A stretch of DNA of 64,000 nucleotides from Candidatus Xenobia bacterium (GCA_045863235.1 BTUM01000001.1:256001-320000), one strand, 5' to 3'. Shown: positions 39,225 to 49,592, numbered from the stretch's first letter. A program made the numbers and translations. The notes: generated by a model from the sequence alone, not told the origin.

Positions 39225-39359
39225 GGCGCCGCGCGTTGGGCTTTCAGGAAGCAACTGGCAACAGGTCGCGACTACGCATTCCCCTGATACTGAACAGGTG
39301 AACGCGCGGGAGTGTAACACCGCTGAAATGTTTCCAGCCTCCCCCCGCGGTAGCATGCA

Positions 39360-39488
39360 GACATCGAGGTTGAGCCCGGGAGCAACCGGCCACCCGAAGG
39401 CCTGCAAGGCTGAACAAGAGCAGGCCCGGATGGATTCGGCGGGGAGGGTGGTATGCCCCAGCTCCCCAAGGGGCCTTCCTGCCACCTG
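39360..39488 (+). ncRNA. Unassigned structured RNA or leader element
   Basis: Stems ggcctgc/gcaggcc and ggcggggagg/ccttcctgcc (G-U compatible on + strand), followed by a strong terminator. Confidence 0.45.
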
Positions 39489-39516
39489 ACCCTCGGTCTT
39501 TTGACCGAGGGTTTTT
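39489..39516 (+). terminator. Intrinsic terminator
   Basis: Perfect 10-bp stem accctcggtc-tttt-gaccgagggt plus a T run. Confidence 0.85.
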
Positions 39517-39540
39517 CATTTGCCCTGCGAAGCCCTGAGA

Positions 39541-40287
39541 GTGAGCCACGAAGCTGCCCAGAGGGCACACTACGAACAGATCGGCGCAGCCTATGAAGTA
39601 CACTACTCCGACCCCACCAGCCGCGAGTACCGTGACCGGTTCCTGCACGCGCCTCTTTTCGCGGGACTGAACCTGACCGGAATGCGGGCCCTGGATGCGA
39701 TGAGCGGCAGTGGCTCGCTTTCTGACTATCTTCAACGCAAGGGCGCTCGGGTCACAGGGCTGGACATCTCGCCGACCCAGATTGCCATGTATCAAGAAAA
39801 GCTGCCCGATTGCCAGGCAGTGTGCGGCTCCATGCTCGAGAGCGGCCTACCCGATGCCAGTTTTGACCTGGTCGCCGTGGTCGGCGGGCTGCACCACCTG
39901 CACCCCAACGTGCTCGCTGCAATCGACGAGGTACACCGCCTGCTGCGTCCGGGGGGCTACTTCTGCTTTACCGAGCCCCATTCAGGCTCGCTGCCGGACA
40001 TCTTACGCCAGCTCTGGTACCGCTTCGACCCGCTTTTCGAGGAAAACGAGGCAGCCATCGACGTCAGCCAGCTCAAGAGGGCCAATCAGCACCGATTCGA
40101 CTTCGAAATCGAGCGTTACGTGGGCAATGTGGCCTACATCGTGGTGCTCAACTCCATGGTTCTGCGGCTTCCTGTGGGCCTCAAGAAGTACTATGCCGGC
40201 CCGGCCATGCAACTCGAATCGCTGCTGAACCGCATCCTGCCAAGGTTACTGGCATGCTATACCATCTGCAGATGGCGCAAGCTCTAA
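39541..40287 (+). CDS. Class I SAM-dependent methyltransferase
   Basis: ALDAMSGSG, GLDIS, FDLV..LHH and RLLRPGG motifs. Confidence 0.88.
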   Translation: MSHEAAQRAHYEQIGAAYEVHYSDPTSREYRDRFLHAPLFAGLNLTGMRALDAMSGSGSLSDYLQRKGARVTGLDISPTQIAMYQEKLPDCQAVCGSMLESGLPDASFDLVAVVGGLHHLHPNVLAAIDEVHRLLRPGGYFCFTEPHSGSLPDILRQLWYRFDPLFEENEAAIDVSQLKRANQHRFDFEIERYVGNVAYIVVLNSMVLRLPVGLKKYYAGPAMQLESLLNRILPRLLACYTICRWRKL

Positions 40288-40492
40288 AGCGACGCGCAAA
40301 GGCTTAACCGTCTCATCGGTGCGTGTCTAACACTTTTCTAACAGTTCGCAAACTCAACTCACACGCGCCCGCCGCTAAGCTACCAGGTGGCCGTGCTACG
40401 CCATTTTAGAGTGCAGTCGTGAAGGTTTTGCAGGGATCCGCGTCGACAGACCCGTGGGGAGGCGTCCCTGAAGAGAGCAAGACCTTCATCAC

Positions 40493-41089
40493 ATGACGCT
40501 CAACAGCAGAGAAGACGAGGTGCCAGCGGACTTGAGTCAGGAAGAAGTCCAGCTCGAAGAACCCGAAGCCGTCGAGGAAGCCGATTCCAACTCGGGAGTG
40601 GCCGAGTTGTCCGAGTTGCTGCGCACCCGTGACGCCGAGATCGTAGAGCTCAAAGAGCAGGTGCGACGCGTGGCAGCGGACTTTGAGAACTTCCGCCGTC
40701 GCCAGGAAGAAGAGCAGAAGCGCCGATTGCAGCACCTCAAGGAAGACCTCTTCCGCCAGCTGCTCACCATCCTGGACAGCTTCGAGCGCGGTCTGGCGGC
40801 CGCTCAGGCCAGTCCCTCCATCGAAAGCCTGACCCAGGGTATGGAGATGGTGACCCGCGAGTATCACAAGCTCCTGCAAAATCACGGCGTGGAGCCGATC
40901 CAAACCGAAGGCGTGCTGTTTGACCCCAACTTGCATGAGGCCATGATGCTCGAGGAACGCGATGACGTGCCCGATCAGGCGATCGTGGCCGAGTTACAGC
41001 GCGGTTATCGCATGGCTGACCGCGTGCTGCGGCCAAGCCTGGTCAAGGTGGCCAGCAACAATCAACCCCAAGCAACAACGGAGGCTTGA
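40493..41089 (+). CDS. grpE: Nucleotide exchange factor GrpE
   Basis: [17 protein letters not shown] and [10 protein letters not shown] motifs. Confidence 0.95.
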   Translation: MTLNSREDEVPADLSQEEVQLEEPEAVEEADSNSGVAELSELLRTRDAEIVELKEQVRRVAADFENFRRRQEEEQKRRLQHLKEDLFRQLLTILDSFERGLAAAQASPSIESLTQGMEMVTREYHKLLQNHGVEPIQTEGVLFDPNLHEAMMLEERDDVPDQAIVAELQRGYRMADRVLRPSLVKVASNNQPQATTEA

Positions 41090-41093
41090 CCCA

Positions 41094-42944
41094 ATGGCTA
41101 AAGTGGTAGGAATCGACCTGGGCACCACCAACTCGGTGGTGGCCATCATGGAGGGTGGCAAGCCCACCGTCATCGCCAATGCCGAGGGAAGCCGCACGAC
41201 GCCCTCGGTGGTGGGATTCAGCAAGTCGGGCGAACGGTTGGTTGGCGAGCTGGCCAAGCGCCAGGCCGTCAGCAACCCCGACCGCACCATCCGGTCGATC
41301 AAGCGCCACATGGGCACCGACTTCCGAGTCGAAATCGACGAGAAGAATTACTCGCCCGAGGAAATCTCGGCGATGATCCTGCAGAAGCTCAAGCATGACG
41401 CCGAGCAGTATCTGGGCGAGCAGGTCAAGCAGGCGGTCATCACGGTTCCAGCCTACTTCAATGACTCCCAGCGCCAGGCCACCAAGAACGCCGGCACCAT
41501 CGCCGGTCTGGACGTGCTGCGGATCATCAACGAGCCCACCGCGGCCGCCCTGGCTTACGGCCTGGACAAGCAGAACGAATCGTTGACCGTGGTCGTGTTC
41601 GACCTGGGCGGAGGCACCTTCGACGTCTCCGTGCTGGAGATCTCAGAAGGCGTCTTCGAGGTGAAAGCCACCGCCGGCGACACCCATCTGGGAGGCGACG
41701 ACTGGGACCACCGGGTCATGGAGTATGTGGCCGAGCAGTTCCAAAAGGAGAACGGCATCGACCTGCTGGCCGACAAGATGGCCGCCCAGCGCCTGCGCGA
41801 CGCCGCCGAGAAGGCCAAGATCGAGCTCAGCCAGGTGTCCCAGACCAACATCAATCTGCCCTTCATCACGGCCGACGCGTCCGGGCCCAAACACCTGGAT
41901 GTCACCCTCAGCCGCTCCAAGTTCGAAGAGCTGACCCACGATCTGCTCGACCGCTGCGCCGCTCCCTGTAAGCGCGCCCTGGACGATGCCAAAATCGAGA
42001 TTGCTGCCATCGACCGTGTGCTGCTGGTGGGCGGCTCGACCCGCATGCCGATGATCACCGAGTTCGTCAAGCGCCGCTTCGGCAAGGAGCCTTCCAAGGA
42101 CATCAACCCCGACGAATGCGTGGCTCTGGGCGCTGCAGTGCAAGGCGCCGTGCTCTCGGGTGAGGTCAAGGACGTGGTGCTGGTCGACGTCACCCCGCTC
42201 ACCCTCGGCATCGAGACGCTGGGCGGCGTGATGACCAAACTGATCCCGCGAAATACCGCCATCCCGACCTCCAAGGCCGAGACCTTCACCACCGCAGCCG
42301 ACATGCAGACCAGTGTCGAGGTGAACGTGCTCCAGGGCGAGCGCGAGCTGGCCCGGGACAATAAATCGCTGGGGACCTTCAAGCTCACGGACATCCCACC
42401 GGCCCCGCGCGGAGTGCCCCAGGTCGAGGTGACTTTCGACATCGACTCCAACGGCATCTTGAACGTGACCGCCAAGGACAAGGCCACGGGCAAGTCGCAG
42501 AAGATCACCATCACGGCCAGCACCAACCTCTCCAAGGATGACGTCGATCGCATGGTCCGCGAGGCCGACACCAACGCTCAGGAAGACAAACGTCGACGCG
42601 AGGAGATCGAGCTGAAGAACCAGGCTGACAGCCTCATCTACAGCTCGGAGAAAACCCTCAAGGACGCAGGCGACAAGGTGACGCCCGACCTGAGGGCCAA
42701 GGTGGAAACCGCACGCGAGAAGCTCAAGAACGCAGTGGAGGCTTCCAGCATCGATCAGGCCCAGGTCAAATCCGGCCTGGAGGAGCTGACCAACGCCATC
42801 TACGAGGTTTCCAAAATGCTCTACGGTCAACAGGGCGAGCCTGGTCCGCACGGTGGACCGGGTGGCCCCAACGGCGCTCAGGCATCCGAGAACGGCGCCA
42901 GCGAAGGTGACGTGGTGGATGCCGAATACGAGGTAAAGGACTGA
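41094..42944 (+). CDS. dnaK: Chaperone DnaK
   Basis: [23 protein letters not shown] and DLGGGTFD motifs. Confidence 0.98.
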   Translation: MAKVVGIDLGTTNSVVAIMEGGKPTVIANAEGSRTTPSVVGFSKSGERLVGELAKRQAVSNPDRTIRSIKRHMGTDFRVEIDEKNYSPEEISAMILQKLKHDAEQYLGEQVKQAVITVPAYFNDSQRQATKNAGTIAGLDVLRIINEPTAAALAYGLDKQNESLTVVVFDLGGGTFDVSVLEISEGVFEVKATAGDTHLGGDDWDHRVMEYVAEQFQKENGIDLLADKMAAQRLRDAAEKAKIELSQVSQTNINLPFITADASGPKHLDVTLSRSKFEELTHDLLDRCAAPCKRALDDAKIEIAAIDRVLLVGGSTRMPMITEFVKRRFGKEPSKDINPDECVALGAAVQGAVLSGEVKDVVLVDVTPLTLGIETLGGVMTKLIPRNTAIPTSKAETFTTAADMQTSVEVNVLQGERELARDNKSLGTFKLTDIPPAPRGVPQVEVTFDIDSNGILNVTAKDKATGKSQKITITASTNLSKDDVDRMVREADTNAQEDKRRREEIELKNQADSLIYSSEKTLKDAGDKVTPDLRAKVETAREKLKNAVEASSIDQAQVKSGLEELTNAIYEVSKMLYGQQGEPGPHGGPGGPNGAQASENGASEGDVVDAEYEVKD

Positions 42945-42956
42945 GCCGACTCCTCG

Positions 42957-43934
42957 ATGGAGTTCAAGGACTACTATAAGACGCTGGGCGTTTCCAAGAC
43001 AGCCAGCGAAAAAGAGATCAAGCAAGCCTACCGCAAGCTTGCTCGCGAGAACCATCCCGATGTCAAGAAAGGCGACCGGGACGCCGAGGTCAAGTTCCGC
43101 GAGATCAACGAAGCCTACGAAGTGCTCTCCGACGCCGAGAAGCGTCAGAAGTACGACCAGCTCGGAATGTACTGGAACCAGCCCCAGGGCGGACCGCGCG
43201 GGGGTGGCCAGTGGTCGGGCGCCCAGGGGTTCGATTTCCAGGATCTCGGCGACCTCTTCGGCGGAGCCGGCGGCGGCTCAGGCTTCTCGAGCTTTTTCGA
43301 GCACTTCTTTGGCGGCCAGATGGGGGGCGGTGGCGGTGGTCGAGGGCGCGGCCGGGGTCCGCAAAAGCCCCCCGAAAGCGAGGCCGAGATCGAGGTCTCT
43401 TTGGAGGAAGCCATCCAGGGCAGCACGCGCACGCTGACCCTGGACCAGCGCGAGGCCTGTCCCCAGTGCCACGGCTCGGGCCTGACCGACCAGGGGATCT
43501 GCCCCACCTGTCGTGGCCAGGGCCAACTGCGCCGCCCCCAGACCCTCGAGGTCAAGATTCCAGCCGGCGTCAAGGACGGCTCCAAAATTCGCCTGCGCGA
43601 GCACAGCCTGGTGCTGGTCATGCGTCTCAAGCCCGACCCGGTCTACGAGGTGAAGGGTCACGACCTGCACCGCGAGGTGCCGGTGCCGGTCTACACGGCC
43701 GTACTGGGCGGCAAGGTAAACTTCCGCACCCCTCGCGGCCAGGTCGACCTGAAGATCCCACCCCGTACTCAGGCCGGCCGGCAGTTTCGCCTGACCGGCC
43801 AGGGGCTGCCTCGCATGAAAGGCGAGCCGGCCGGCGACCTCTACGCCCGCGTCAAGCTCGACGTGCCCGGCGACCTCTCCAGCGAGGAGCTTGAGCTGAT
43901 CGAGCGCTGGAAGGCCCTGCGCAACGGGAACTAA
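42957..43934 (+). CDS. dnaJ: DnaJ/CbpA-type co-chaperone with a single zinc finger
   Basis: J domain with HPD, G/F region, two CxxCxGxG motifs and a DnaJ_C domain. Confidence 0.88.
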   Translation: MEFKDYYKTLGVSKTASEKEIKQAYRKLARENHPDVKKGDRDAEVKFREINEAYEVLSDAEKRQKYDQLGMYWNQPQGGPRGGGQWSGAQGFDFQDLGDLFGGAGGGSGFSSFFEHFFGGQMGGGGGGRGRGRGPQKPPESEAEIEVSLEEAIQGSTRTLTLDQREACPQCHGSGLTDQGICPTCRGQGQLRRPQTLEVKIPAGVKDGSKIRLREHSLVLVMRLKPDPVYEVKGHDLHREVPVPVYTAVLGGKVNFRTPRGQVDLKIPPRTQAGRQFRLTGQGLPRMKGEPAGDLYARVKLDVPGDLSSEELELIERWKALRNGN

Positions 43935-43990
43935 CCCGGTCGCTCGGACGTCTTTGAAAACGAACTTCTGAAACCGGAGGTGGATTACTC

Positions 43991-45097
43991 TTGAATCCAA
44001 TTCAAAGAGGCCGCCTGGTGGCCTCGACACTCAGTCTTGTCCTGATTGTGGGGCTTATGCTGGGGGCCTTTCAACTGGGAGCACGCTATGCCGTCGCCCA
44101 GCCAAAAGATGAGACCCAGGCCCAGGTGCAGCGCGAGCTGGGTACCTTTGCCCGGCTGGCCAAACAGCTCAAGCCTTCGGTGGTCAACATCTCGGTCGTC
44201 AAACAGCGTCGATTTGCGCTGGAAAACCCATTCCTGGACGCGGAGCCCAGCTCCGGTCAGGGAAGCGGCGTGATCATCAGCCCTGATGGCTACGTGCTGA
44301 CCAATAACCACGTGGTGGCAGAGCGCGGCGAAGTGCGCGTGACCTTGATGGACGACACCGAGCTGAAAGCCACCCTGGTGGGCACCGATCCCAACACCGA
44401 TCTGGCTCTGCTCAAGTTGAGCGCGGACAGGCCTCTGCCGGCCGCTCGTCTGGGCGACTCAAAAGCCATGGAGGTAGGTGACTGGGTCATGGCCATCGGC
44501 AACCCCTTTGGCCTGGAGGCTACCGTGACCGTGGGAGTGCTGAGCGGCACGGGCCGCACCATCGGGGCCAGCCCCTACGACGACTTTCTACAGACCGACG
44601 CAGCCATCAATCCGGGCAACTCGGGCGGGCCGCTCTTCAACACCGCCGGCGAAGTGGTTGGGATCAATACGGCCATCCTGCCCGCCGGCCAGGGCATCGG
44701 CTTTGCCGTGCCCATCAATCTGGCCCGGGAGGTCGTCGAGCAGCTCAAGCAGCAGGGCAAGGTGGTGCGCGGCTTTGTGGGCATCGGCATCGCCCCTATC
44801 ACGGCTGAGGTGCGCGAGAAGCTCAGCCTGGCGCCCGACCAGCGAGGCGCCCTGGTGGCCAGTGTCATCCCGGGCGGACCGGCCGAGCAAGCCGGAGCCC
44901 AGGTGCAGGACGTGGTGACCGGCATCAATGGGCGCGCGGTGGATTCGGATCGCGACCTGCTCAACCAGATCGCGGCCACCCCGGTGGGCTCAACGGCCGA
45001 TCTCAACGTGCTGCGCGACGGGAGGCAGGTCACCCTGAAGGTCAGTGTGGCAGAGCGTCCCGAGCAGGTGCGCAACCGGGTGCGGGTGCGTCGCTGA
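43991..45097 (+). CDS. htrA: HtrA/DegP-family serine protease with one PDZ domain
   Basis: TNNHVV, DLAL and QTDAAINPGNSGGP motifs; PDZ domain. Confidence 0.92.
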   Translation: MNPIQRGRLVASTLSLVLIVGLMLGAFQLGARYAVAQPKDETQAQVQRELGTFARLAKQLKPSVVNISVVKQRRFALENPFLDAEPSSGQGSGVIISPDGYVLTNNHVVAERGEVRVTLMDDTELKATLVGTDPNTDLALLKLSADRPLPAARLGDSKAMEVGDWVMAIGNPFGLEATVTVGVLSGTGRTIGASPYDDFLQTDAAINPGNSGGPLFNTAGEVVGINTAILPAGQGIGFAVPINLAREVVEQLKQQGKVVRGFVGIGIAPITAEVREKLSLAPDQRGALVASVIPGGPAEQAGAQVQDVVTGINGRAVDSDRDLLNQIAATPVGSTADLNVLRDGRQVTLKVSVAERPEQVRNRVRVRR

Positions 45098-45192
45098 AAC
45101 TTCGTCGCCTTGACCGTGCCACGAAACGTGCGGTGAGAAACTTGTTTCGAACCGCTTCCAAAGTGTTGTGGCACGGGCGAGGCGACGAAGTT
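45098..45192. repeat. 95-nt nested palindrome directly after the htrA stop
   Basis: aacttcgtcgcct/aggcgacgaagtt, ccgtgccac/gtggcacgg and an inner gcggt..gaaac/gtttc..accgc stem. Confidence 0.8.
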
Positions 45193-45366
45193 CTACCTCT
45201 TGAGAATTCATCGCACAGTCAATGCGCGGGACTGTAGTGTGCTCACACCCTGGTTTTGCACATTAGCAGGCGCCCCGGCTCCGACAGCTTCAGCGACGAC
45301 CAGAAGCGGTCGACAATTTCTCCGCTCGAGCAGGCGTAGCCCCTTCGGGCGCTAAACTCCCCGCCC

Positions 45367-46734
45367 ATGCCCCCGCGCCGACCGCTGACCTCGCAAGAGC
45401 CCTCTTTGTTCGACTCGAGCTTCGACCCCAAAGCACCGCTGGCCGCCCGCATGCGACCTCGCAACCTGGACGAGTATGTAGGCCAGCAGCACCTGCTGGG
45501 GCCGGGCAAAATGCTGCGCCGGGCCATCGAGCAAGACAACCTGCACAGTTCGATGATCCTGTATGGCCCTCCCGGCACGGGCAAGACGAGTCTGGCCCGG
45601 GTCATCTCCCTGCACACCCGGGCCGAGTTCTTCACCTTGAGCGCGGTCCTCTCGGGTGTGGCCGACCTTCGCCGCGAGGTGGCCCGGGCGGCCGAGCTCA
45701 AGCAGTCGGGGCGGCGCAGCATCCTGCTGGTGGATGAGATCCACCGCTTCAACAAGGCCCAGCAGGACGCGTTGCTGCCGCATGTGGAGGATGGAACCAT
45801 CCTGCTGATCGGCGCCACCACCGAGAACCCGTTCTTCGAGGTGATCGGAGCCCTGGTGAGCCGCAGCCGCATCTTTCGTCTGCAGGCTTTGACCGAGTCC
45901 GACCTGGAGCACATGCTGCGCCGCGCCCTGACCGACGAGCGCGGCTACGGCGGTCGCGGCGTGGAGGCTCAGGACGAAGCGCTCAAGTTTCTGGCCGAGA
46001 TGGCCGGGGGCGACGCCCGCACCGCCCTGAACGCGCTGGAGCTGGCTGTGGAATCGGCCCCGGGCGAGCCAGTCACGCTGGAGCGAGCCCAGGAGGCCCT
46101 GCAACGCAAGGCCCTGCGCTATGACGCCAGCGGTGATCTGCACTACGACACCGTCTCGGCCTTCATCAAGTCTGTGCGCGGCTCGGATGTGGACGCTTCG
46201 CTCTTCTACCTGGCCCGAATGCTGGAAGCGGGCGAGGATCCCCGTTTCATCATGCGGCGTCTCTTCATCCTGGCCGGCGAGGATGTCGGTCTGGCGGACC
46301 CCCAGGGGGTCGTGATCGTGGCCTCCTGCGCTCGGGCCCTGGAGTGGTGCGGGTTGCCCGAAGCCCGGTATCACCTGGCCATGGCCACCGTCTACCTGGC
46401 GGCCGCCCCCAAATCCAACAGCATGACAGGTTACTTCGCCGCTGAGGCCGCCGCCCTCGAGCACCCCGACGCTCCCGTGCCGGTCCACCTGCGCGATGCT
46501 CACTACAAGGGTGCCGCCCGACTCGGACACGGCAAGGGCTACCGCTACCCGCACGACTTTCCAGGCCACTGGACGGCCCAGCAGTACCTGCCCGACAAGC
46601 TCGCGGGCCGTCAGTTCTACCAGCCCGGCCCGCTTGGCTACGAGCAAAAGATCGCCCAGCGACTTCAGGTCTACCGTCCCTCCCAAGAAGGAAGCATGGG
46701 CGGGCCGGGTGGAAGTTCACCCCAACCAGGATAA
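45367..46734 (+). CDS. rarA: Replication-associated recombination protein RarA/MgsA
   Basis: PLAARMRP, GPPGTGKT, DEIHRFNKAQQD and SAFIKSVRGSD motifs. Confidence 0.95.
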   Translation: MPPRRPLTSQEPSLFDSSFDPKAPLAARMRPRNLDEYVGQQHLLGPGKMLRRAIEQDNLHSSMILYGPPGTGKTSLARVISLHTRAEFFTLSAVLSGVADLRREVARAAELKQSGRRSILLVDEIHRFNKAQQDALLPHVEDGTILLIGATTENPFFEVIGALVSRSRIFRLQALTESDLEHMLRRALTDERGYGGRGVEAQDEALKFLAEMAGGDARTALNALELAVESAPGEPVTLERAQEALQRKALRYDASGDLHYDTVSAFIKSVRGSDVDASLFYLARMLEAGEDPRFIMRRLFILAGEDVGLADPQGVVIVASCARALEWCGLPEARYHLAMATVYLAAAPKSNSMTGYFAAEAAALEHPDAPVPVHLRDAHYKGAARLGHGKGYRYPHDFPGHWTAQQYLPDKLAGRQFYQPGPLGYEQKIAQRLQVYRPSQEGSMGGPGGSSPQPG

Positions 46735-46748
46735 AGGAGCCCGCAGCC

Positions 46749-47129
46749 CTGTACAACATCGCTTCTCGGCTGAACCAGATCCGCCAGGCCATCGACCAGG
46801 TGCTCTCGGGCGAAATGAGCCCGGAAGCCTTCCGCGACTTTTTGAACACCACCCACGAAGCTCTGCTCGAGAAGGGCCGCGCCAACCGCGAATGGCTCGA
46901 GGAAAGCGGCTACGCCGCCTCGGCACCGGCCGAAGCCGAGCAGGCCTACGCCGCCATGGATCTCTACGAGGAGGGCATGACCGAAATTCGCCGTTACCTC
47001 GACGACCAGAACCCCCAGCACCTCGAGGACGGGTTCAACCTCTGCAAAGACGGCAACACCAAGATGAACAAGGCCATGACCATCAACCGCGATAGCTACG
47101 AGGAGCTGGAAATCAACTTCCAGATGTAG
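46749..47129 (+). CDS. Small helical hypothetical protein (probable CTG start)
   Basis: AAGGAG (46734-46739) is 9 nt before an in-frame CTG; otherwise GTG 46800. Confidence 0.7.
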   Translation: MYNIASRLNQIRQAIDQVLSGEMSPEAFRDFLNTTHEALLEKGRANREWLEESGYAASAPAEAEQAYAAMDLYEEGMTEIRRYLDDQNPQHLEDGFNLCKDGNTKMNKAMTINRDSYEELEINFQM

Positions 47130-47132
47130 CTC

Positions 47133-48527
47133 CTGGACCTCACCCGCGAACCGCTTCAGCGGGCTCTGCTGCGCCTTTCGCTCCCGATCATGGGAGCGAT
47201 GTTGCTCGAGACCCTGTTCAATCTGCTCAATGCCTTCTGGGTCGGCAAGTTGGGCACGCTGGCTTTCGCCGCCGTCAACCTGGCCAGCTTCACGGTCTGG
47301 CTCCTGTTTGCCCTGGCGGCCATCGTCACCACCGGCACCAATTCGGTGGTGGCTCAGCGCATCGGAGCTGGCGATCCGGTGCAGGCGCGGCGGGCCGCCC
47401 ACGTGGGCATCCTCACCTCCTTTTGCCTGGGCGTCGTGGTGGCTTTTCCCGTGCTCCTCTTCTCCGACGACTTGCTGGGCTGGATGGCGGGGAACACCCC
47501 GGAGGGCCGCGAGGCGGTGCGCATCGGCACGGGCTATCTCGGTCTGATCTTCCTCTGGGCTCCCATCCACTGCCTCAACGATACCCTGTCGGCCATCTTC
47601 CGGGCCGCCGGCGACACGCGCACCCCGCTGCGAGTTTACGCGTTCGGCTTTGCGGTCAACTTCGTACTCGATCCCCTGCTGATCTTCGGACTGGGACCAT
47701 TTCCGCGACTGGAAGTGGTGGGCGCAGCCCTGGCCACGAATCTATCCTTCACTCTGGTCACGGTCCTCTACGTTACCCGGCTCAAGGACCTCCCCTTCCA
47801 ACTCGGGCGCCGTCCCGGAGAGGACCTGCGCAAGGTGTTCAGCCGCCACTGGCTCTATGAGATCTTGCGCATCGGTATCCCCCCCTCCATAGCGTTCGTG
47901 ACCTTCTGCCTGGTCTACATGCTGATCGCCCCCATCGTCGGGGCGTTCGGTCCCGCGGCCCTGGCCGCGCTGGGTATCGGTCATCGCTGCGAAAGCCTGT
48001 CTTATCTTGTCTGCCACGGCCTCTCGCTGGCCGCCATCACGCTGGTGGGGCAGAACATCGGCGCCGGAGAGTTGGAGCGGGCTCGCCGGGCCGCTTGGGT
48101 GGCGGTACGCATCGTCATGCTGGCCAGTCTGGGGACGACCACCCTTTACCTGGTGGGCGCGCCCCTGTGGGTGAGCCTGTTCTCGAGCGACCCCGAAGTG
48201 CTGGCCGTGGGAGTTCCTTATCTTCGCATCATGGCCTTCGCCCAACTGCCCATGGGGGTGGCCATGGTGCTGCAGGGCGCGTTCTCGGGGGCGGGCGTGA
48301 CCGTGCCGCCCACCATCGTGGCCACCACCTCAGCTCTGCTGCGCGTCCCGCTGGCCCGCTGGCTGGCCCTCACCAACGGGCTGGGGCTGAACAGCATCTG
48401 GTGGGCCATCGTGGGCCTTACCTCGTTGCAGAGTCTGGTGATGGCCGCCCTGTTCCATGCCGGCCTCTGGAGGAAAGGGGGAAGGCGGCTTGAACCGCCC
48501 TCCAACCCAACCGGAGGAACGCCATGA
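47133..48527 (+). CDS. MATE-family efflux transporter (probable CTG start)
   Basis: Multi-TM; GDTRTP, NFVLDPLLIFG and VGQNIGAG motifs; N-terminal DLTREP..LLRLSLP lies upstream of the first ATG (47190). Confidence 0.9.
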   Translation: MDLTREPLQRALLRLSLPIMGAMLLETLFNLLNAFWVGKLGTLAFAAVNLASFTVWLLFALAAIVTTGTNSVVAQRIGAGDPVQARRAAHVGILTSFCLGVVVAFPVLLFSDDLLGWMAGNTPEGREAVRIGTGYLGLIFLWAPIHCLNDTLSAIFRAAGDTRTPLRVYAFGFAVNFVLDPLLIFGLGPFPRLEVVGAALATNLSFTLVTVLYVTRLKDLPFQLGRRPGEDLRKVFSRHWLYEILRIGIPPSIAFVTFCLVYMLIAPIVGAFGPAALAALGIGHRCESLSYLVCHGLSLAAITLVGQNIGAGELERARRAAWVAVRIVMLASLGTTTLYLVGAPLWVSLFSSDPEVLAVGVPYLRIMAFAQLPMGVAMVLQGAFSGAGVTVPPTIVATTSALLRVPLARWLALTNGLGLNSIWWAIVGLTSLQSLVMAALFHAGLWRKGGRRLEPPSNPTGGTP

Positions 48528-49456
48528 AGACCTTATTCGGCCGCCACTTTCTCAGCTTCGACGAGTTGAGCTTCGATCAGATCATGCAGCTTTTCAAAAC
48601 CGCCGAGCTGCTCAAGGCCGAGACCCGCATGCGTCGATTCCAACCCCTGCTGGCCAACCGCACACTGGGCATGATCTTCGAGCAGACCTCCACCCGCACG
48701 CGAGTGAGCTTCGAGGTGGGCATGCGCCAGTTGGGCGGGCACGCGCTCTTTTTGTCGGCCAACGACCTCAAGCTGGCCAAGGGCGAGCCGATCTCGGATA
48801 CCTCGCGCGTGCTTTCGCGCATGCTCGACGCCATCATGGCGCGCATCTTCAGCCAGGCCAACCTGGAAACGCTGGCCGCCTACTCCAGCGTGCCGGTCAT
48901 CAATGCCATGACGGACATGTATCACCCCTGCCAGGCGCTGGCTGACATCTTCACCATCTGGGAGAAGAGGGGCAAGCTCGAAGGGCTCAAGTTTGCTTAC
49001 CTGGGCGACGGCAACAACGTGTGCCACACTGCCCTGATCAGCTGCGCCAAAGTGGGCATGAACGTCTATAGCGCCAGCCCCGAAGGGCATGATCCCGATC
49101 CGGCCGTGGTGGAGCGCTGCCGCGAGTACGCCCGGGCCTGGGGCTCGGAGGTCAAGCTCGTACGCGATCCCAGGGAGGCCTTCCAGGATGCCGACGTCAT
49201 CTACACCGATGTCTGGCTCAGCCCGGGCCAGCAGGGCAGCGAAGAAGAGCGCAAGGCCAAATTCATGCCCTATCAGGTCAACAAAGGGGCCATGAAACTG
49301 GCGCATCCCAAGTGCCTGTTCATGCACTGCCTGCCCGCCAAGAGGGAACTGGAAGTGACCGAAGAGGTCTTCGAAAGCGAGAACTCGGTGGTGTTCGAGG
49401 AGGCTGAGAACCGACTGCACGCTCAGAAAGCTCTCCTGGTACACCTCATTCCTTGA
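48524..49456 (+). CDS. argF: Ornithine carbamoyltransferase
   Basis: STRTR, HPCQALAD, HCLP and AENRLH motifs. Confidence 0.88.
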   Translation: MKTLFGRHFLSFDELSFDQIMQLFKTAELLKAETRMRRFQPLLANRTLGMIFEQTSTRTRVSFEVGMRQLGGHALFLSANDLKLAKGEPISDTSRVLSRMLDAIMARIFSQANLETLAAYSSVPVINAMTDMYHPCQALADIFTIWEKRGKLEGLKFAYLGDGNNVCHTALISCAKVGMNVYSASPEGHDPDPAVVERCREYARAWGSEVKLVRDPREAFQDADVIYTDVWLSPGQQGSEEERKAKFMPYQVNKGAMKLAHPKCLFMHCLPAKRELEVTEEVFESENSVVFEEAENRLHAQKALLVHLIP

Positions 49457-49513
49457 TCCCCGGCTCATGGAACAACATCTGTCAGGGGCGGAGGCGAGGG
49501 TAGAAGCCACCCA

Positions 49514-49568
49514 GCAGGGGGGTTGACGGCCCGTCTTCCAGGCTAGGAGCGCAGCCGGACCCCCTGCT
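49514..49568. repeat. Copy of the intergenic repeat seen at 9334-9373, between convergent genes
   Basis: ctaggagcgcagccgga (49543-49559) is identical to 9357-9373; both are preceded by caggggggtt. Confidence 0.7.
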
Positions 49569-49592
49569 CGACAATCTGTTGAGCGCAGGATG

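Noticed and set aside
39360..39488. tmRNA, T-box, SRP RNA or SAM-I riboswitch
   Set aside because: Only short resemblances (TGGATTCGGCGGG, GGGTGGTA); the required ends and core motifs are missing, so it is left unassigned.
40290..40492. CIRCE operator upstream of grpE
   Set aside because: Only GAGTGC is present; no TTAGCACTC-N9-GAGTGCTAA inverted repeat.
45098..45192. Integron attC site (AAC...GTT ends after a stop codon)
   Set aside because: Does not fit RYYYAAC/GTTRRRY, outer arms pair without extrahelical bases, it sits in a housekeeping operon, and there is no intI.
47127..47135. Amber readthrough fusing the small protein to the MATE gene
   Set aside because: The frames coincide, but TAG is an ordinary stop in many genes here and CTG reinitiation is simpler.
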